From assembly GCA_030040915.1 (NCBI GenBank), contig JASHSI010000062.1, positions 1 to 49,003 on the forward strand: DNA of 49,003 bases, in the 5' to 3' direction. Numbering within the stretch: the first letter of the stretch is position 1; each line of letters begins with the position of its first letter. The DNA comes from Thermoplasmata archaeon (GTDB taxonomy: Archaea; Thermoplasmatota; Thermoplasmata; Lutacidiplasmatales; UBA184). Shown in pieces: positions 16,275-25,468 of this stretch. A model generated the notes under the pieces. That model saw only the letters and a list, made by a program, of their open reading frames with translations. It was not told where the DNA came from and did not search any database. The position numbers were made by a program, and so were the translations under genes.

Positions 16275-16799
16275 TCATCCGGCCCCGATATTTAAATTCG
16301 AGCCTCCGTGGGGTTTCGCGACCGAGAGAGCGACGCCGCAGTAGACGGCGAACCCGGCGAGCAGGACCATCCCGAAAATCTCCAACCACCAGGTCCCCGA
16401 GCGGGCAGGAACTTGAGTGAGGTAGAACCAGTTCACCCCGAGGAGTAGGAGGAGGGCGGCGAGCATTCTCACGTAACCCCGCCGCCTCTCCGATGGGTCG
16501 GGCACTTCCCTGGGATACCCCCGGCTCGTGTTCCAAGCCTGCCAGAAGGCCGCCACCCCCAATGCGGCCGCGATCCCTGCGGTGACGGCGAACCAGGGCC
16601 ATACGCTTCGGTCGCCGGAAAGAAGTGCGTCCAGCGGACCCGAAGCGACGAACAGGGCGGCGAAGTATCCCACCATCGTGGCGGTGAGCATGTCTCGGTC
16701 CCGCCGCTCCTTGCGCCGAAAATCACTGATCACGCCCGGCCCGTGCAAGTACTCGGGGACCGAGCCGCTCCCGAGAGGGTCGAACCCGCTCTCGGCCAT
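16275..16799 (-). CDS. Hypothetical membrane protein (about 4 TM helices)
   Basis: 174-aa ORF with several hydrophobic spans (GYFAALFVASGPL, WFAVTAGIAAALGVAAFW, MLAALLLLLGVNWFY, IFGMVLLAGFAVYCGVAL). Confidence 0.6.
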   Translation of the reverse strand: MAESGFDPLGSGSVPEYLHGPGVISDFRRKERRDRDMLTATMVGYFAALFVASGPLDALLSGDRSVWPWFAVTAGIAAALGVAAFWQAWNTSRGYPREVPDPSERRRGYVRMLAALLLLLGVNWFYLTQVPARSGTWWLEIFGMVLLAGFAVYCGVALSVAKPHGGSNLNIGAG

Positions 16800-17039
16800 C
16801 TCCCAAGCATCCCTCGGGGTCTAATGGAAGCTTCTCCCGCATAGAGGCCGGGTCGCCTCAGCCATTGGCGCTGAATGGGTAGGAGGGTGGTCGTGGGTCG
16901 GAACGCCCTATTGCCGGGGATCGAACACGAAGGCCTCCCCGACTCGCGCCCGGAACGTTCGTTCAAAGGCGATTGGTCGGTCGCCCGGGTCCCCTCGGCC
17001 GGACCAAGCTCGTCCCCGTTGCCGCGCCAACAGCACGAC

Positions 17040-17047
17040 TTAATATT
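17040..17047 (+). promoter_or_regulatory. TATA-like box (TTAATATT) 35-42 nt upstream of ATG 17082
   Basis: AT-rich octamer in the 282-nt divergent spacer. A GGAG lies about 10 nt upstream of the ATG. Confidence 0.35.
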
Positions 17048-17081
17048 CGACCCACCTAGGCGGCCCCCGGAGCCAACCGAA

Positions 17082-17759
17082 ATGCCCCGTGGCAGGAAGC
17101 GGGCCGACGAGTCGGTCCCCTCGGACGATCCGGAAGCGAGCCCGATGCCCTCGATGGCCGACGACGACTTCGTTTCTTCTCTGAAGGCCGAGCTCTCCCG
17201 CTCGCAGAAGACGGTCGGGCAGGAGGACCATGCGGAGGAGGAGAAGCGGGGCGAGATCAACCAGCGCCTCCTCCAGGACCTCTGGGAGGTCCACAACCAG
17301 TTCGAGGACATCTCCGTCCATTTGACGGTCGAGCCATCGCAGACCCTCTTCGCCACGTTCGTCGAGTACCCGACCAAGTGGACGTTCAAGGAGAACTTCG
17401 ACTTCGGCGGGGTCAAGACGATCGAGCTCCACGACCGGACACCGAGCTGGCTTGGCTACACCTTGAGGTTCTGGTACTACCGGACCCCGGAAGGGAAGCC
17501 CCATCTGCGCGGAATCTACGAGTGGTGCGAAGGCGAGAGCTACCACCGGTACACCGGCTGGATGCGCATGATGAACCAGGCCGTCCTCTACGACGCCCAC
17601 GAGGGGTCGGTCGACTTCCGGACCCTGCACTCGGCGCTCCGGGACGTCGTCGTGAGCTGGTACAACGCTCACCTCGAGCGCACGCCCGAGGTGTTCGTCG
17701 GCCACCTGAAGGAGAAGTACCCGAAGGGCGCCTCCTACTCCCGGGAAGCGTACCGGTAG
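17082..17759 (+). CDS. Hypothetical protein (acidic N-terminus, Trp/Tyr-rich C-terminal domain)
   Basis: Internal ATG (MPRGRKRADE...) of track ORF 16875..17759, chosen because of the TATA-like box at 17040. Composition is protein-like and GC is lower. I recognised no motif. Confidence 0.55.
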   Translation: MPRGRKRADESVPSDDPEASPMPSMADDDFVSSLKAELSRSQKTVGQEDHAEEEKRGEINQRLLQDLWEVHNQFEDISVHLTVEPSQTLFATFVEYPTKWTFKENFDFGGVKTIELHDRTPSWLGYTLRFWYYRTPEGKPHLRGIYEWCEGESYHRYTGWMRMMNQAVLYDAHEGSVDFRTLHSALRDVVVSWYNAHLERTPEVFVGHLKEKYPKGASYSREAYR

Positions 17760-17831
17760 ACCTCGAGATTCACCGGGTCGCGACGGGCCCGACACACTGT
17801 TAAAGTAGCGAGCGCGGCCTCGCGCGCTCCG

Positions 17832-19352
17832 GTGCCGCAAGTGGGCGCTCCCGCCGGCTCCTCGATGCAGAGCCACCTCGTAGCCTACCTCGCCGAGCAC
17901 CACAAGATCGCCGAATCCGACGCCCTCGAGCTCCTCCTCGAGAGCCCCCAGCCGCTCCTCCTTTCCCGGCGCGTGCTCGAGGGGATCCCCGCCGACGCCC
18001 GGGTGATCACCGCCGAGATCGTCCGGCGCTGCGCCGCTCTCTCCGGGAACGTGCCGGCCCGGCCGGTCGTCGAACTGGTCCGGCCGGGACCCCCGGCGGA
18101 GACCTCCCCGTTCGCGCTCCTCCGCGAGGGGTTCGAGCCGACGACGGGGGCCGAACCCCTCGTCGCCTACGGCCGACTCTTCCAGTCGCGCTACCAGGCG
18201 CTCGCGCGCCTCGTCAAGGGTCGACCGGACCTCCCGAACGTCCACCCGGTCGCCGGCCTCAAGCGCGCCGAGGGAACGGCGAGCGCCATCGCGATGGTCC
18301 GGGACGTCCGCCAGACCCCCGAGAAGCACCACCTGATCGTCCGCCTCGAGGACCCGAGCGGGGCGGTCGAGGTGCTGGTGCTGAAGGACTCGGCGGCCGC
18401 GCGCACCCCGTTCCTCCCCGACGAGGTGGTCGGGGTCCGTCTCGCGATCGCGCGGGAACGCGAGCGGAGGATTCCGCTCGTCGAGACGGTCGTCCGGCCC
18501 GACGTACCGGCGTTCGCGGGGCGCCCCCCCCGCTCCGCCCACGGCCGGGTCCTCTTCCTGTCCGACCTGCACATCGGCAGCCGCTCCTTCCTCGACGGGC
18601 CGTGGGGGGCCCTCGTCGAGTTCCTCCGCGGACGGGGCGACCATCCGGAGCTCGCCGAGGAGATTCACCAGGTCGTGGTCGCCGGGGACCTCGTCGACGG
18701 GATCGGGATCTACCCGAACCAGGAGCGGGACCTCGCGATCCACGACATCCTCGACCAGTACCGGGCGCTCGGGGCGCGCTTGGCCGAGCTCCCCGAGCGG
18801 CTCGAGATCATCGTGGTCCCAGGGAACCACGACGCGGTCTGCCCGGCCGAGCCCCAGCCGGGGCTCCCCGAGGAGGTCCGGACGCACCTCCCGAAGAACG
18901 TCCGGTCGCTCTCGAACCCATCGACGTTCGCGCTCGACGGGGTCATCGTGGAAGCGTACCACGGGCGGAGCTTCGACGACCTCATCCCGGCGATCCCCGG
19001 GGCGAGCTACGCCCACCCGACCGAGGTGATGAAGCGGATGCTCCTGATGCGCCACCTCGCGCCGATCTACGGCGGTCGGACCCCGCTCTCGCCCCAGGTC
19101 CGGGACGGGCTGGTCATCGACCCGGCTCCGCAGATCCTCGTCACCGGCCACGCCCACACGTTCGGGGCCGACCGCTACCGGGGGGTCCTGCTCCTGAACG
19201 CCTCCACCTGGCAGGCCGAGACCGAGTACCAGCGGATGCGGAACATCTCGCCGGTCCCGGCGCAGGGGGCGGTGGTGAACCTGAAGGATCTCAGCGTGAC
19301 GCGCCTCGACTTCGCCTCCGGGGAGCTCGCCGAACCGGGGGCCGTGGCGTGA
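17832..19352 (+). CDS. DNA polymerase D (Pol II) small subunit DP1
   Basis: 506-aa ORF with calcineurin-like phosphoesterase motifs VLFLSDLHIGS, VVAGDLVDGIG, VPGNHD and GHAHT, and a DP1-like N-terminal/OB region. Confidence 0.9.
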   Translation: MPQVGAPAGSSMQSHLVAYLAEHHKIAESDALELLLESPQPLLLSRRVLEGIPADARVITAEIVRRCAALSGNVPARPVVELVRPGPPAETSPFALLREGFEPTTGAEPLVAYGRLFQSRYQALARLVKGRPDLPNVHPVAGLKRAEGTASAIAMVRDVRQTPEKHHLIVRLEDPSGAVEVLVLKDSAAARTPFLPDEVVGVRLAIARERERRIPLVETVVRPDVPAFAGRPPRSAHGRVLFLSDLHIGSRSFLDGPWGALVEFLRGRGDHPELAEEIHQVVVAGDLVDGIGIYPNQERDLAIHDILDQYRALGARLAELPERLEIIVVPGNHDAVCPAEPQPGLPEEVRTHLPKNVRSLSNPSTFALDGVIVEAYHGRSFDDLIPAIPGASYAHPTEVMKRMLLMRHLAPIYGGRTPLSPQVRDGLVIDPAPQILVTGHAHTFGADRYRGVLLLNASTWQAETEYQRMRNISPVPAQGAVVNLKDLSVTRLDFASGELAEPGAVA

Positions 19353-19813
19353 GCCCGTACCCCCCGGATCCGGTGAACGCGACCGGGCCGGTGCGGATCG
19401 TGATCTGCTCGTTCCCGAACGACGCCGAGGCGGAGCGGGTGAGCCGGGACGTCCTCGAGCGCCGGCACGCGGCGTGCTCCCAACGGGTGCCGATCCGTTC
19501 CGCCTACTGGTGGCGGGGGAGGATCGAGTCGGCCGAGGAGTGCTTGGTGCTCTACAAGACGAGCCCGAAGCAGGTGGGGGCGCTCTTCCGACGGCTCGCC
19601 GAGCTCCACCCGTACGACGTCCCGGAGATCGTCGAGCTCGACGTCCCCCGGGTCGCCTCGGGCTACCTCACCTACCTCTTCGAGGCGGTCGGCGAGGCCC
19701 GCCCGCCGACCCCGATCGACGGGGAGGTGCCTACCCCGGCGCGTCCGGGATCACGGCGAGCCCGGGGAGCTCGGCCCCCTCGAGGAACTCGAGCGCCGCG
19801 CCGCCGCCGGTAG
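19349..19813 (+). CDS. cutA: CutA1 divalent-cation tolerance protein homologue with basic C-terminal tail
   Basis: Start is GTG 19349, giving a GTGA overlap with the DP1 stop. The core is VRIVICSFPN...IRSAYWWRGRIESAEECLVLYKTS...HPYDVPEIVELD..GYLTYL. The roughly 40-aa Arg/Pro tail overlaps the convergent pgk gene. Confidence 0.75.
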   Translation: MSPYPPDPVNATGPVRIVICSFPNDAEAERVSRDVLERRHAACSQRVPIRSAYWWRGRIESAEECLVLYKTSPKQVGALFRRLAELHPYDVPEIVELDVPRVASGYLTYLFEAVGEARPPTPIDGEVPTPARPGSRRARGARPPRGTRAPRRRR

Positions 19814-20918
19814 AGACGTACTGGAACGCCCCGACGACCCCGAGCTCCTCGGCGATCCGGGCCGAGTCCCCCCCCGCGCACACGTGGTAGCCCGGGATCG
19901 TCTCGAGCCCGGCCAGAACCTCCCGGGTCCCGGGGGAAAAGCGCGGGTCCTCGGCGAGGCCGAGCGGCCCGTTCCAGAAGACGGTCCGCGAGTCGGAGAG
20001 GTGCACGTAGAACCGGTCCCGGGTGCGCGGCCCGATGTCCCGGGCGATCGCCCCGCTCGGGACCTCCCGCGCCGTCGCCGCCTCGGCGGTCGGGTTCCCC
20101 GGCCGCTCCACGAGGAGGTCCTCGGGGAGGATCACGAGCGTGCCGAGCGCCTCGGCCCTCGCCAGGAACTCCTTCAGCGCCGCGTCGAGCCCCTTCTCCA
20201 CCTCGGTCGCCCCGAGGTCGGCCCCCTCGGCCGCGAGGAACGGGAAGGCGAGCGCCCCCCCGAGCAGGATCCGGTCGACCCGGCCGGGGAGCGAGCGGAG
20301 GAGGGGGAGCTTGTCCTTCACCTTCGCCCCGCCGAGGAGCGCGACGAACGGCCGCTCCGCCCCGTCCACGAGCTTCCCGAGCGACTCGACCTCCTTCTCG
20401 ACGAGGAGCCCCGCGTAGGCCGGGAGGAGGGTCGGGACCCCGACCGTGGAGGCGTGCGCCCGATGGACCGTGCCGAACGCCTCCTCGACGAACAGCTCCC
20501 CGAGGGCGGCGAGCGCCCGGGCGAACGCCGTGTCGTTCGCCTCCTCGCCCGGGTCGAAGCGGAGGTTCTCCAAGAGGACGAACTCGCCGTCGTGCATCTC
20601 CCGGACCCGGGCCTCGACCGAGGGGCCGACGATCTCCCCGAGCAGGGGGACGGGTTGACCTAGGTAGGTCGCGAGGCGCTCGGCGACCGGCGCGAGGCTC
20701 CACTTCGGGTTCCGCTGGCCGCCCGGGCGGCCCAGGTGGGAGAGGAGGATCGTGCGGGCGCCGGCCCGCTTCAGGAGCTCGAGGGTGGGCAACGCCTCCC
20801 GGATCCGCCGGTCGTCGGCGATCCGGCCCCCGCTCTCCTGCGGGACGTTGAAGTCGGCGCGCACGAGGACGCGGCGTCCCCGGACCTCGGCCTCCCGGAC
20901 GGAGCGCTTCCGGGGCAT
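19731..20918 (-). CDS. pgk: Phosphoglycerate kinase
   Basis: 395-aa ORF with RADFNVP...DDRRIREALPT...LLSHLGRP and a C-terminal STGGGA..EFLEG. Confidence 0.95.
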   Translation of the reverse strand: MPRKRSVREAEVRGRRVLVRADFNVPQESGGRIADDRRIREALPTLELLKRAGARTILLSHLGRPGGQRNPKWSLAPVAERLATYLGQPVPLLGEIVGPSVEARVREMHDGEFVLLENLRFDPGEEANDTAFARALAALGELFVEEAFGTVHRAHASTVGVPTLLPAYAGLLVEKEVESLGKLVDGAERPFVALLGGAKVKDKLPLLRSLPGRVDRILLGGALAFPFLAAEGADLGATEVEKGLDAALKEFLARAEALGTLVILPEDLLVERPGNPTAEAATAREVPSGAIARDIGPRTRDRFYVHLSDSRTVFWNGPLGLAEDPRFSPGTREVLAGLETIPGYHVCAGGDSARIAEELGVVGAFQYVSTGGGAALEFLEGAELPGLAVIPDAPG

Positions 20919-20942
20919 CGCCCCGCTCCGAGCCGGACGGGC

Positions 20943-21911
20943 CTATGAGGTTGGGCCCCGCGGACCGGCGCTCGTCGCGGGGAAGCGGGCGGCCCGCTCG
21001 CGGGCCTTCCGTTCGATCCGCTCCACGATGCGCCGGGTCTGGGGCAGTTCGAGCCCGTGGCGGGTCCCCCGGCGGAGGATCTCCCCGGAGATCGAGTCGA
21101 TCTCGGTCGGCCGTCCGGCGTCGAGGTCCTGCAGCATGCTCGACCGGTTCGTGCCGGAGATCCGGACGATCCGCACGAGCTCGGCCTCGGCCTCCTCCCG
21201 CGGGAAGGCGAACCCTTCCGCCTCGGCCACGGACCGCGCCTCCTCGAGGAGCGCGAGGGCCTGGCCCCGCCACGGCTCCTCGGCGAGGCGTCGATTCTCG
21301 ACCCGGTGGTCGGCCGTCACCGGGTTCATCGCCGCGTTGATGAGCGCCTTCCGCCACTCCTCGCGGTCGATCGACTCGACCGTTCGGACCGCGATCCCCC
21401 CGTGCGCGAGGAGGGCGTCGAACCCGTTGGGCCCGACGCCCTGCTGGCTCGCTGGGAGGAGGACCTCCCCCTTCCCGGCGAGCCGAACGTGACCCGGGCC
21501 GACGAACGTGGCGCCGATGATCTGGATTCCCCGCGACACCCACCGCTCGGCGTACGCCCAGCCGTTCGCCCGGAGGGCCCGGACGACCCGCGCCCGGATC
21601 CCGAGCCCATTCTGGAGCGCCAATACCGGCGCGGGGTGGCGGAAGTGCTGCCCGATGGAGCGGGCGGAGGACTCGATGTCGCCGGTCTTGACGGTCAGGA
21701 GGACCCGGTCGAACCGGACGTCGTCCGGGAGCTCTTCGAGCACCTCGAACCGGAAGGGGCCGCCGTCGAGCCCGTCCACCTGGAGCCCCCCTTCCCGGAT
21801 CGCCCGGACGTGCTCGCCCCGGGCCGTGGCGGTGACCGAGTGGCCGGCGTGGGCGAGCTGGGCCGCGTAGACGCTCCCGGTGGCGCCGGCCCCGAAGACG
21901 AGGACGCGCAC
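20943..21911 (-). CDS. panE: 2-dehydropantoate 2-reductase (ApbA/PanE family)
   Basis: 322-aa ORF with N-terminal MRVLVFGAGATGS and C-terminal SSMLQDLDAGRPTEIDSISGEI. Confidence 0.85.
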   Translation of the reverse strand: MRVLVFGAGATGSVYAAQLAHAGHSVTATARGEHVRAIREGGLQVDGLDGGPFRFEVLEELPDDVRFDRVLLTVKTGDIESSARSIGQHFRHPAPVLALQNGLGIRARVVRALRANGWAYAERWVSRGIQIIGATFVGPGHVRLAGKGEVLLPASQQGVGPNGFDALLAHGGIAVRTVESIDREEWRKALINAAMNPVTADHRVENRRLAEEPWRGQALALLEEARSVAEAEGFAFPREEAEAELVRIVRISGTNRSSMLQDLDAGRPTEIDSISGEILRRGTRHGLELPQTRRIVERIERKARERAARFPATSAGPRGPTS

Positions 21912-21932
21912 TCCGCCGACCTCGGCGTCGGT

Positions 21933-22166
21933 CTAGCCGAGCCGCCGGACCATCTCGGGCAGACGGCGGGTCGTCCCGGCGTCCTTGCGGTGCTTCGCGA
22001 GGAGCCGGTCGTAGTAGCGGACCTGGTCCTCCGCGCGCCGGACCTGGAGGAGGAGGAACTGTTCCTCGCGCTCGAGACGCTCGAGCTCGGCGGAGGCGGC
22101 GTCGCGGGCCTCCCGGAGCGTGACCTCCCGGTCGGGGCCCTCCACCGGGGACGGGCGCGCCATCAT
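21933..22166 (-). CDS. Small hypothetical coiled-coil protein (77 aa)
   Basis: Charged heptad-like sequence (LERLEREEQFLLLQVRRAEDQVRYYDRLLAKH). It has a 4-nt overlap with the upstream small ORF. Confidence 0.45.
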   Translation of the reverse strand: MMARPSPVEGPDREVTLREARDAASAELERLEREEQFLLLQVRRAEDQVRYYDRLLAKHRKDAGTTRRLPEMVRRLG

Positions 22167-22531
22167 CCGGCCCTCCGGCCGGAAGGGCGGGGGGGGTCGA
22201 GGATCGACTCGGAGTAGTCAGTGACCCGCCGGAGGTCCCCCTCGAGCCGCTTCAGGCGGGCCTGCCAGCGGGTCCTCTTGGCCCGGACCTCTCCGAGGGA
22301 CTGACGGAGCACGGAGAGGCGGCGGAGCCACTTGTCCCGCTCGGCCAAGCTCGACACGACCGCGTCGATATCCATGGCGCCCACCAGCACCGGACCAGGG
22401 GGGAATGAAGGTTTCGATGGAGCGGTGGGGCCGCCGGAATGTGGCCCCTCATCCTCCCCCGGTCCGACGGGGACTTCTCCGGGGTCCCGGGGGTCCGCAC
22501 CCCCCGAGCGCTTGGTTCGGGTCGGAGCCAA
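22163..22531 (-). CDS. Small hypothetical coiled-coil protein (122 aa, or 70 aa from ATG 22375)
   Basis: The C-terminal 70 aa (MDIDAVVSSLAERDKWLRRLSVLRQSLGEVRAKRTRWQARLKRLEGDL) look helical. The N-terminal 52 aa are low complexity, so the start is uncertain. Confidence 0.4.
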   Translation of the reverse strand: MAPTRTKRSGGADPRDPGEVPVGPGEDEGPHSGGPTAPSKPSFPPGPVLVGAMDIDAVVSSLAERDKWLRRLSVLRQSLGEVRAKRTRWQARLKRLEGDLRRVTDYSESILDPPRPSGRRAG

Positions 22532-22553
22532 CGGTACCTACGGTCCGAGCGTT

Positions 22554-22967
22554 CTAGGGGCGCCGGTACCGCGGCGGGAGGGCCGGTTCCTCGACCCCGA
22601 CATAGCCGGCTCCCCAGCTCCATTCCTTCATGCTTTCGTGGTCCATGTAGCTGAGAGACGGGCGCGTGCGCCGAAGGAAGAGCCCATAGACGAGGACGCC
22701 ACCGCCCAGGAAGAGGAGCAGCCAGCCGACGTAGATCAACGGGTAGGCCACATAGACGATGGGGGTCGAGCAGGGGCCCCCAAGCCCGCAGGAGATGCTC
22801 CCGTGCTGATGGACCGCGTAGGGAAAGATCCCGGCCGCGAGGAGGCAGATCACTCCCGCCAGCAGGATTGCGATCGGAGAGCCCAGAACGACCGCGGGTC
22901 GGCGCTCGGCGGTCCCCCTCGACATCCGGCCTGGGCACGGCCACGGAGGTACATCACTCGTCTCCAC
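22554..22967 (-). CDS. Hypothetical membrane protein
   Basis: 137-aa ORF with three hydrophobic spans. The start is uncertain (METSD... or MSRGT...). Confidence 0.5.
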   Translation of the reverse strand: METSDVPPWPCPGRMSRGTAERRPAVVLGSPIAILLAGVICLLAAGIFPYAVHQHGSISCGLGGPCSTPIVYVAYPLIYVGWLLLFLGGGVLVYGLFLRRTRPSLSYMDHESMKEWSWGAGYVGVEEPALPPRYRRP

Positions 22968-23040
22968 GCACCCGTCGGGCCGATCCTCCCCTCGCGAGCC
23001 TCGCCCGGTCGGGGTTGAAGGACCCGAACGGTCGACCCCG

Positions 23041-23607
23041 TCAGCTCGACGGCGGCGGCCCGGAAGGGGGCCGTCCCACCTCCGAAACCCGCGCCCAGCT
23101 CGCCCACCGTCGAATCATGACCCCGTCCAGGGAATACCGGCCGGGGCCGAGCATCGCGTCGAACAGGAGGAGCGCGAGGAGGAGGAGGGCGTACACGATC
23201 CCGGTCCCGATGTCCGTCGACGTCGGGCCGTACGGCGTGCCGAACCCCTCCGGGACCGCCCAGATCAGGAGCATCAGCAAGACTCCCAGGGAGTAGGCGA
23301 TCTTCCGGAGGAATCCGAAGACGAGCGCGAGTCCCAGGGCGAGCTCGAAGGCTCCCGTCATGTAGACCCAGAAGGCCGTGTGGGCGCTCACCTGGGCGGA
23401 CCAGAACGCGAACCAGGGGTCGAGCCACGAAGGAGCGACCTGGGAGGGGACCGTGAAGCTGCTCACGAATCCTGGTTGGAACTTGAACGAACCGTCGATG
23501 AGCAGGACGAGCCCGAGGACGACGCGAAGTGCCGTTCGCAGGTGGTCCTGGTGCCGGACGAACCAGTTGTCCACGAGGGTCTGGGCCGTCCCGATCGTCG
23601 CGGACAT
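23041..23607 (-). CDS. DoxX-family membrane protein
   Basis: 188-aa ORF with four hydrophobic spans. LRVVLGLVLLIDGSFKF resembles the DoxX/DoxD N-terminal pattern. Confidence 0.6.
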   Translation of the reverse strand: MSATIGTAQTLVDNWFVRHQDHLRTALRVVLGLVLLIDGSFKFQPGFVSSFTVPSQVAPSWLDPWFAFWSAQVSAHTAFWVYMTGAFELALGLALVFGFLRKIAYSLGVLLMLLIWAVPEGFGTPYGPTSTDIGTGIVYALLLLALLLFDAMLGPGRYSLDGVMIRRWASWARVSEVGRPPSGPPPSS

Positions 23608-23640
23608 GGGGGTTCTCCGCCGACCTGAGACGGATCGCGC

Positions 23641-23648
23641 TTAATTGA
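23641..23648 (-). promoter_or_regulatory. TATA-like box (TCAATTAA on minus strand) 34-41 nt upstream of the DoxX ATG
   Basis: AT-rich octamer in an otherwise GC-rich spacer. Confidence 0.3.
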
Positions 23649-23756
23649 GAACGGGCCGAACTTTCGGCAAGGAGTGCCCCCCCGGACCGGCGAAGGGGCC
23701 GAGGCGTGGCAGCGACTCGTTCGGCCGATCGGGGACGTTCCGGCGCCCCGCGGGGC

Positions 23757-24470
23757 CTAGCCACCCTTCGCCCGGGAGAGGTATTCCCCCGGCGCCCGGG
23801 CGATGAGGTCGTCGAGCTTCGCCGGCACGTCCCCACGGACCGGCTCGCCGTGCCCGGGCAGGAGCAGTTCGATGTCGAGCTTCCGGAGGATGGAGAGCGA
23901 GGCGACCGCCTGGCGGATGTCGGAGGCGTAGCCCGCGGCGGGGAGCGTGAGGCGCCCCTTCTTCTCGACGACCGAGTCGCCCGAAAAGAGGACCTTGCGC
24001 TCGGGCAGGTAGAACGCGACCTCTCCGGGGGTGTGTCCCGGCGCGAAGACGACCCGGAACGGCCCGACCGAATCGCCGTCGCTCAATTCCCGTTTCACCG
24101 GCACCGGGTGGACGCTCGCGAAGAGGCGGAGGATCATCGGCATCTTGGGTCGGACCCGTCCGTCCACGCACGGGGCGTCCGCCGCATGGCACGCGACGAC
24201 CGCCCGGCTCCGCCGTTCGAGCTCCGCCGCCCCCCGGATGTGGTCGACGTGCTGGTGGGTGAGCAGGATCGTCCCGACCTTGGACAGGTCGGCGGCCGCG
24301 CGCTCGAACGCCCGTCGGATCGGCTTCGCACTGCCCGAGAACGACGCGTCGACGAGGTAGGTCCCGCTGGCGTCCTCGAAGACGTACTCGTTGACGAACC
24401 CCTTGATCCACCCGATGCCGGTATCGACGTCCTGCCCGACCATCGGCCGGGCCATCCCGAGTGCGTACAA
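23757..24470 (-). CDS. MBL-fold metallo-hydrolase
   Basis: 237-aa ORF with LLTHQHVDHIRGA (the HxHxDH motif) and later GHTPGE and LLPGHG. Confidence 0.85.
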   Translation of the reverse strand: MYALGMARPMVGQDVDTGIGWIKGFVNEYVFEDASGTYLVDASFSGSAKPIRRAFERAAADLSKVGTILLTHQHVDHIRGAAELERRSRAVVACHAADAPCVDGRVRPKMPMILRLFASVHPVPVKRELSDGDSVGPFRVVFAPGHTPGEVAFYLPERKVLFSGDSVVEKKGRLTLPAAGYASDIRQAVASLSILRKLDIELLLPGHGEPVRGDVPAKLDDLIARAPGEYLSRAKGG

Positions 24471-24615
24471 GGGTTCATGGGTCGTGACGGGGCGATCGGG
24501 CGTTGAGGACGGGTCCCGGATCCGAGGGCCGGATCTTGCGAACCCGCCCCGCTCGCACCGAGTCGAGCCGTCTTTTAGCCCGAGGACCTTCGCCTACCGT
24601 AGCCGGGCTCGTTCG

Positions 24616-25275
24616 ATGACGGAAGGGGAAGGCGCGCCGCATGGTTCGGAGAAGACCGCCGATCTTCGGAGGCTGGAGGCGCAGGTCTTCGTCTCCATGG
24701 ACGGAGTGCTGCAGGGCCCCGGAGGACCGGACGAGGATCGGGACGGCGGGTTCCGCCACGGGGGGTGGGCGATGACCCACTGGGACGACTCGATGGGCCG
24801 GGCGATGGGCGAGTTCGCGTCGCGACCCCACGAACTGTTGCTCGGTCGCCGGACCTACGACCTCTTCGCCGCCTACTGGCCGAACCACCGCGAGGCACCC
24901 GTCGCCGCGTCGTTGAACGGGGCCGTCAAGCACGTGGCCTCCCGAACGAAGCGGAGCCTCGCCTGGGAGAACTCGAAGCTCCTCCCCGGCGATCTCGTCC
25001 CCGCCGTCCTCGAGCTGAAGCGCCGACCGGGCCCGCGCCTTAGGGTCCTCGGCAGCGCCAACCTCCTCCAGACGTTGCTTGGACACGATCTGGTGGACGA
25101 GCTGTACCTCTGGGTCTTCCCCGTGGTGATCGGGACCGGAAAGCGTCTCTTCCAGGACGGCACCCGGCCCACCGCGTGGAAGCTGACCCGCAGCATGTCC
25201 TCCGGTACGGGCGTGCTGCTCCAAAACTACGAGCGGGCCGGGGAGATCACCTACGGGCACCCTCCCGGGACGTAA
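24616..25275 (+). CDS. Dihydrofolate-reductase-like (RibD C-terminal domain) family protein
   Basis: Internal ATG (MTEGEG...) of track ORF 24391..25275. The sequence FVSMDGVLQGPGGPDEDRDGGF..GW...LLLGRRTYDLFAAYWP...VFPVVIGTGKRLF fits the family pattern. Confidence 0.8.
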   Translation: MTEGEGAPHGSEKTADLRRLEAQVFVSMDGVLQGPGGPDEDRDGGFRHGGWAMTHWDDSMGRAMGEFASRPHELLLGRRTYDLFAAYWPNHREAPVAASLNGAVKHVASRTKRSLAWENSKLLPGDLVPAVLELKRRPGPRLRVLGSANLLQTLLGHDLVDELYLWVFPVVIGTGKRLFQDGTRPTAWKLTRSMSSGTGVLLQNYERAGEITYGHPPGT

Positions 25276-25468
25276 CGCCCAAACGCCCCTCGATACCTTG
25301 TGGCCGAGTTCGGACCCCGTCGGTCCGCCGGGTCCGCGCTCGCCGCGATCCGGCGGGTTCGCCCGTAGTTACGCCGATCGAGGCGCGGAACTCCTCGAGA
25401 CCCGCCCCGGTCAACGGGGTCACATGGTCCGGGGAACCCCTCCCCGCCAGGTCATGAGATGGCCCCTC

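Noticed and set aside
16910-16960. GGGGATCGAAC-type sequence resembling a tRNA T-arm
   Set aside because: The flanking bases do not pair into a T stem or acceptor stem, so no cloverleaf can be drawn.
17040-19157. 705-aa minus-strand ORF
   Set aside because: It is antisense to the DP1 gene and the upstream hypothetical gene. It is Arg/Asp/Gly/Pro/Val-rich junk with no motifs.
19672-21543. 623-aa minus-strand ORF spanning pgk and panE in a different frame
   Set aside because: It has Arg/Gly/Pro-dominated composition. The genuine pgk and panE frames on the same strand have clear family motifs.
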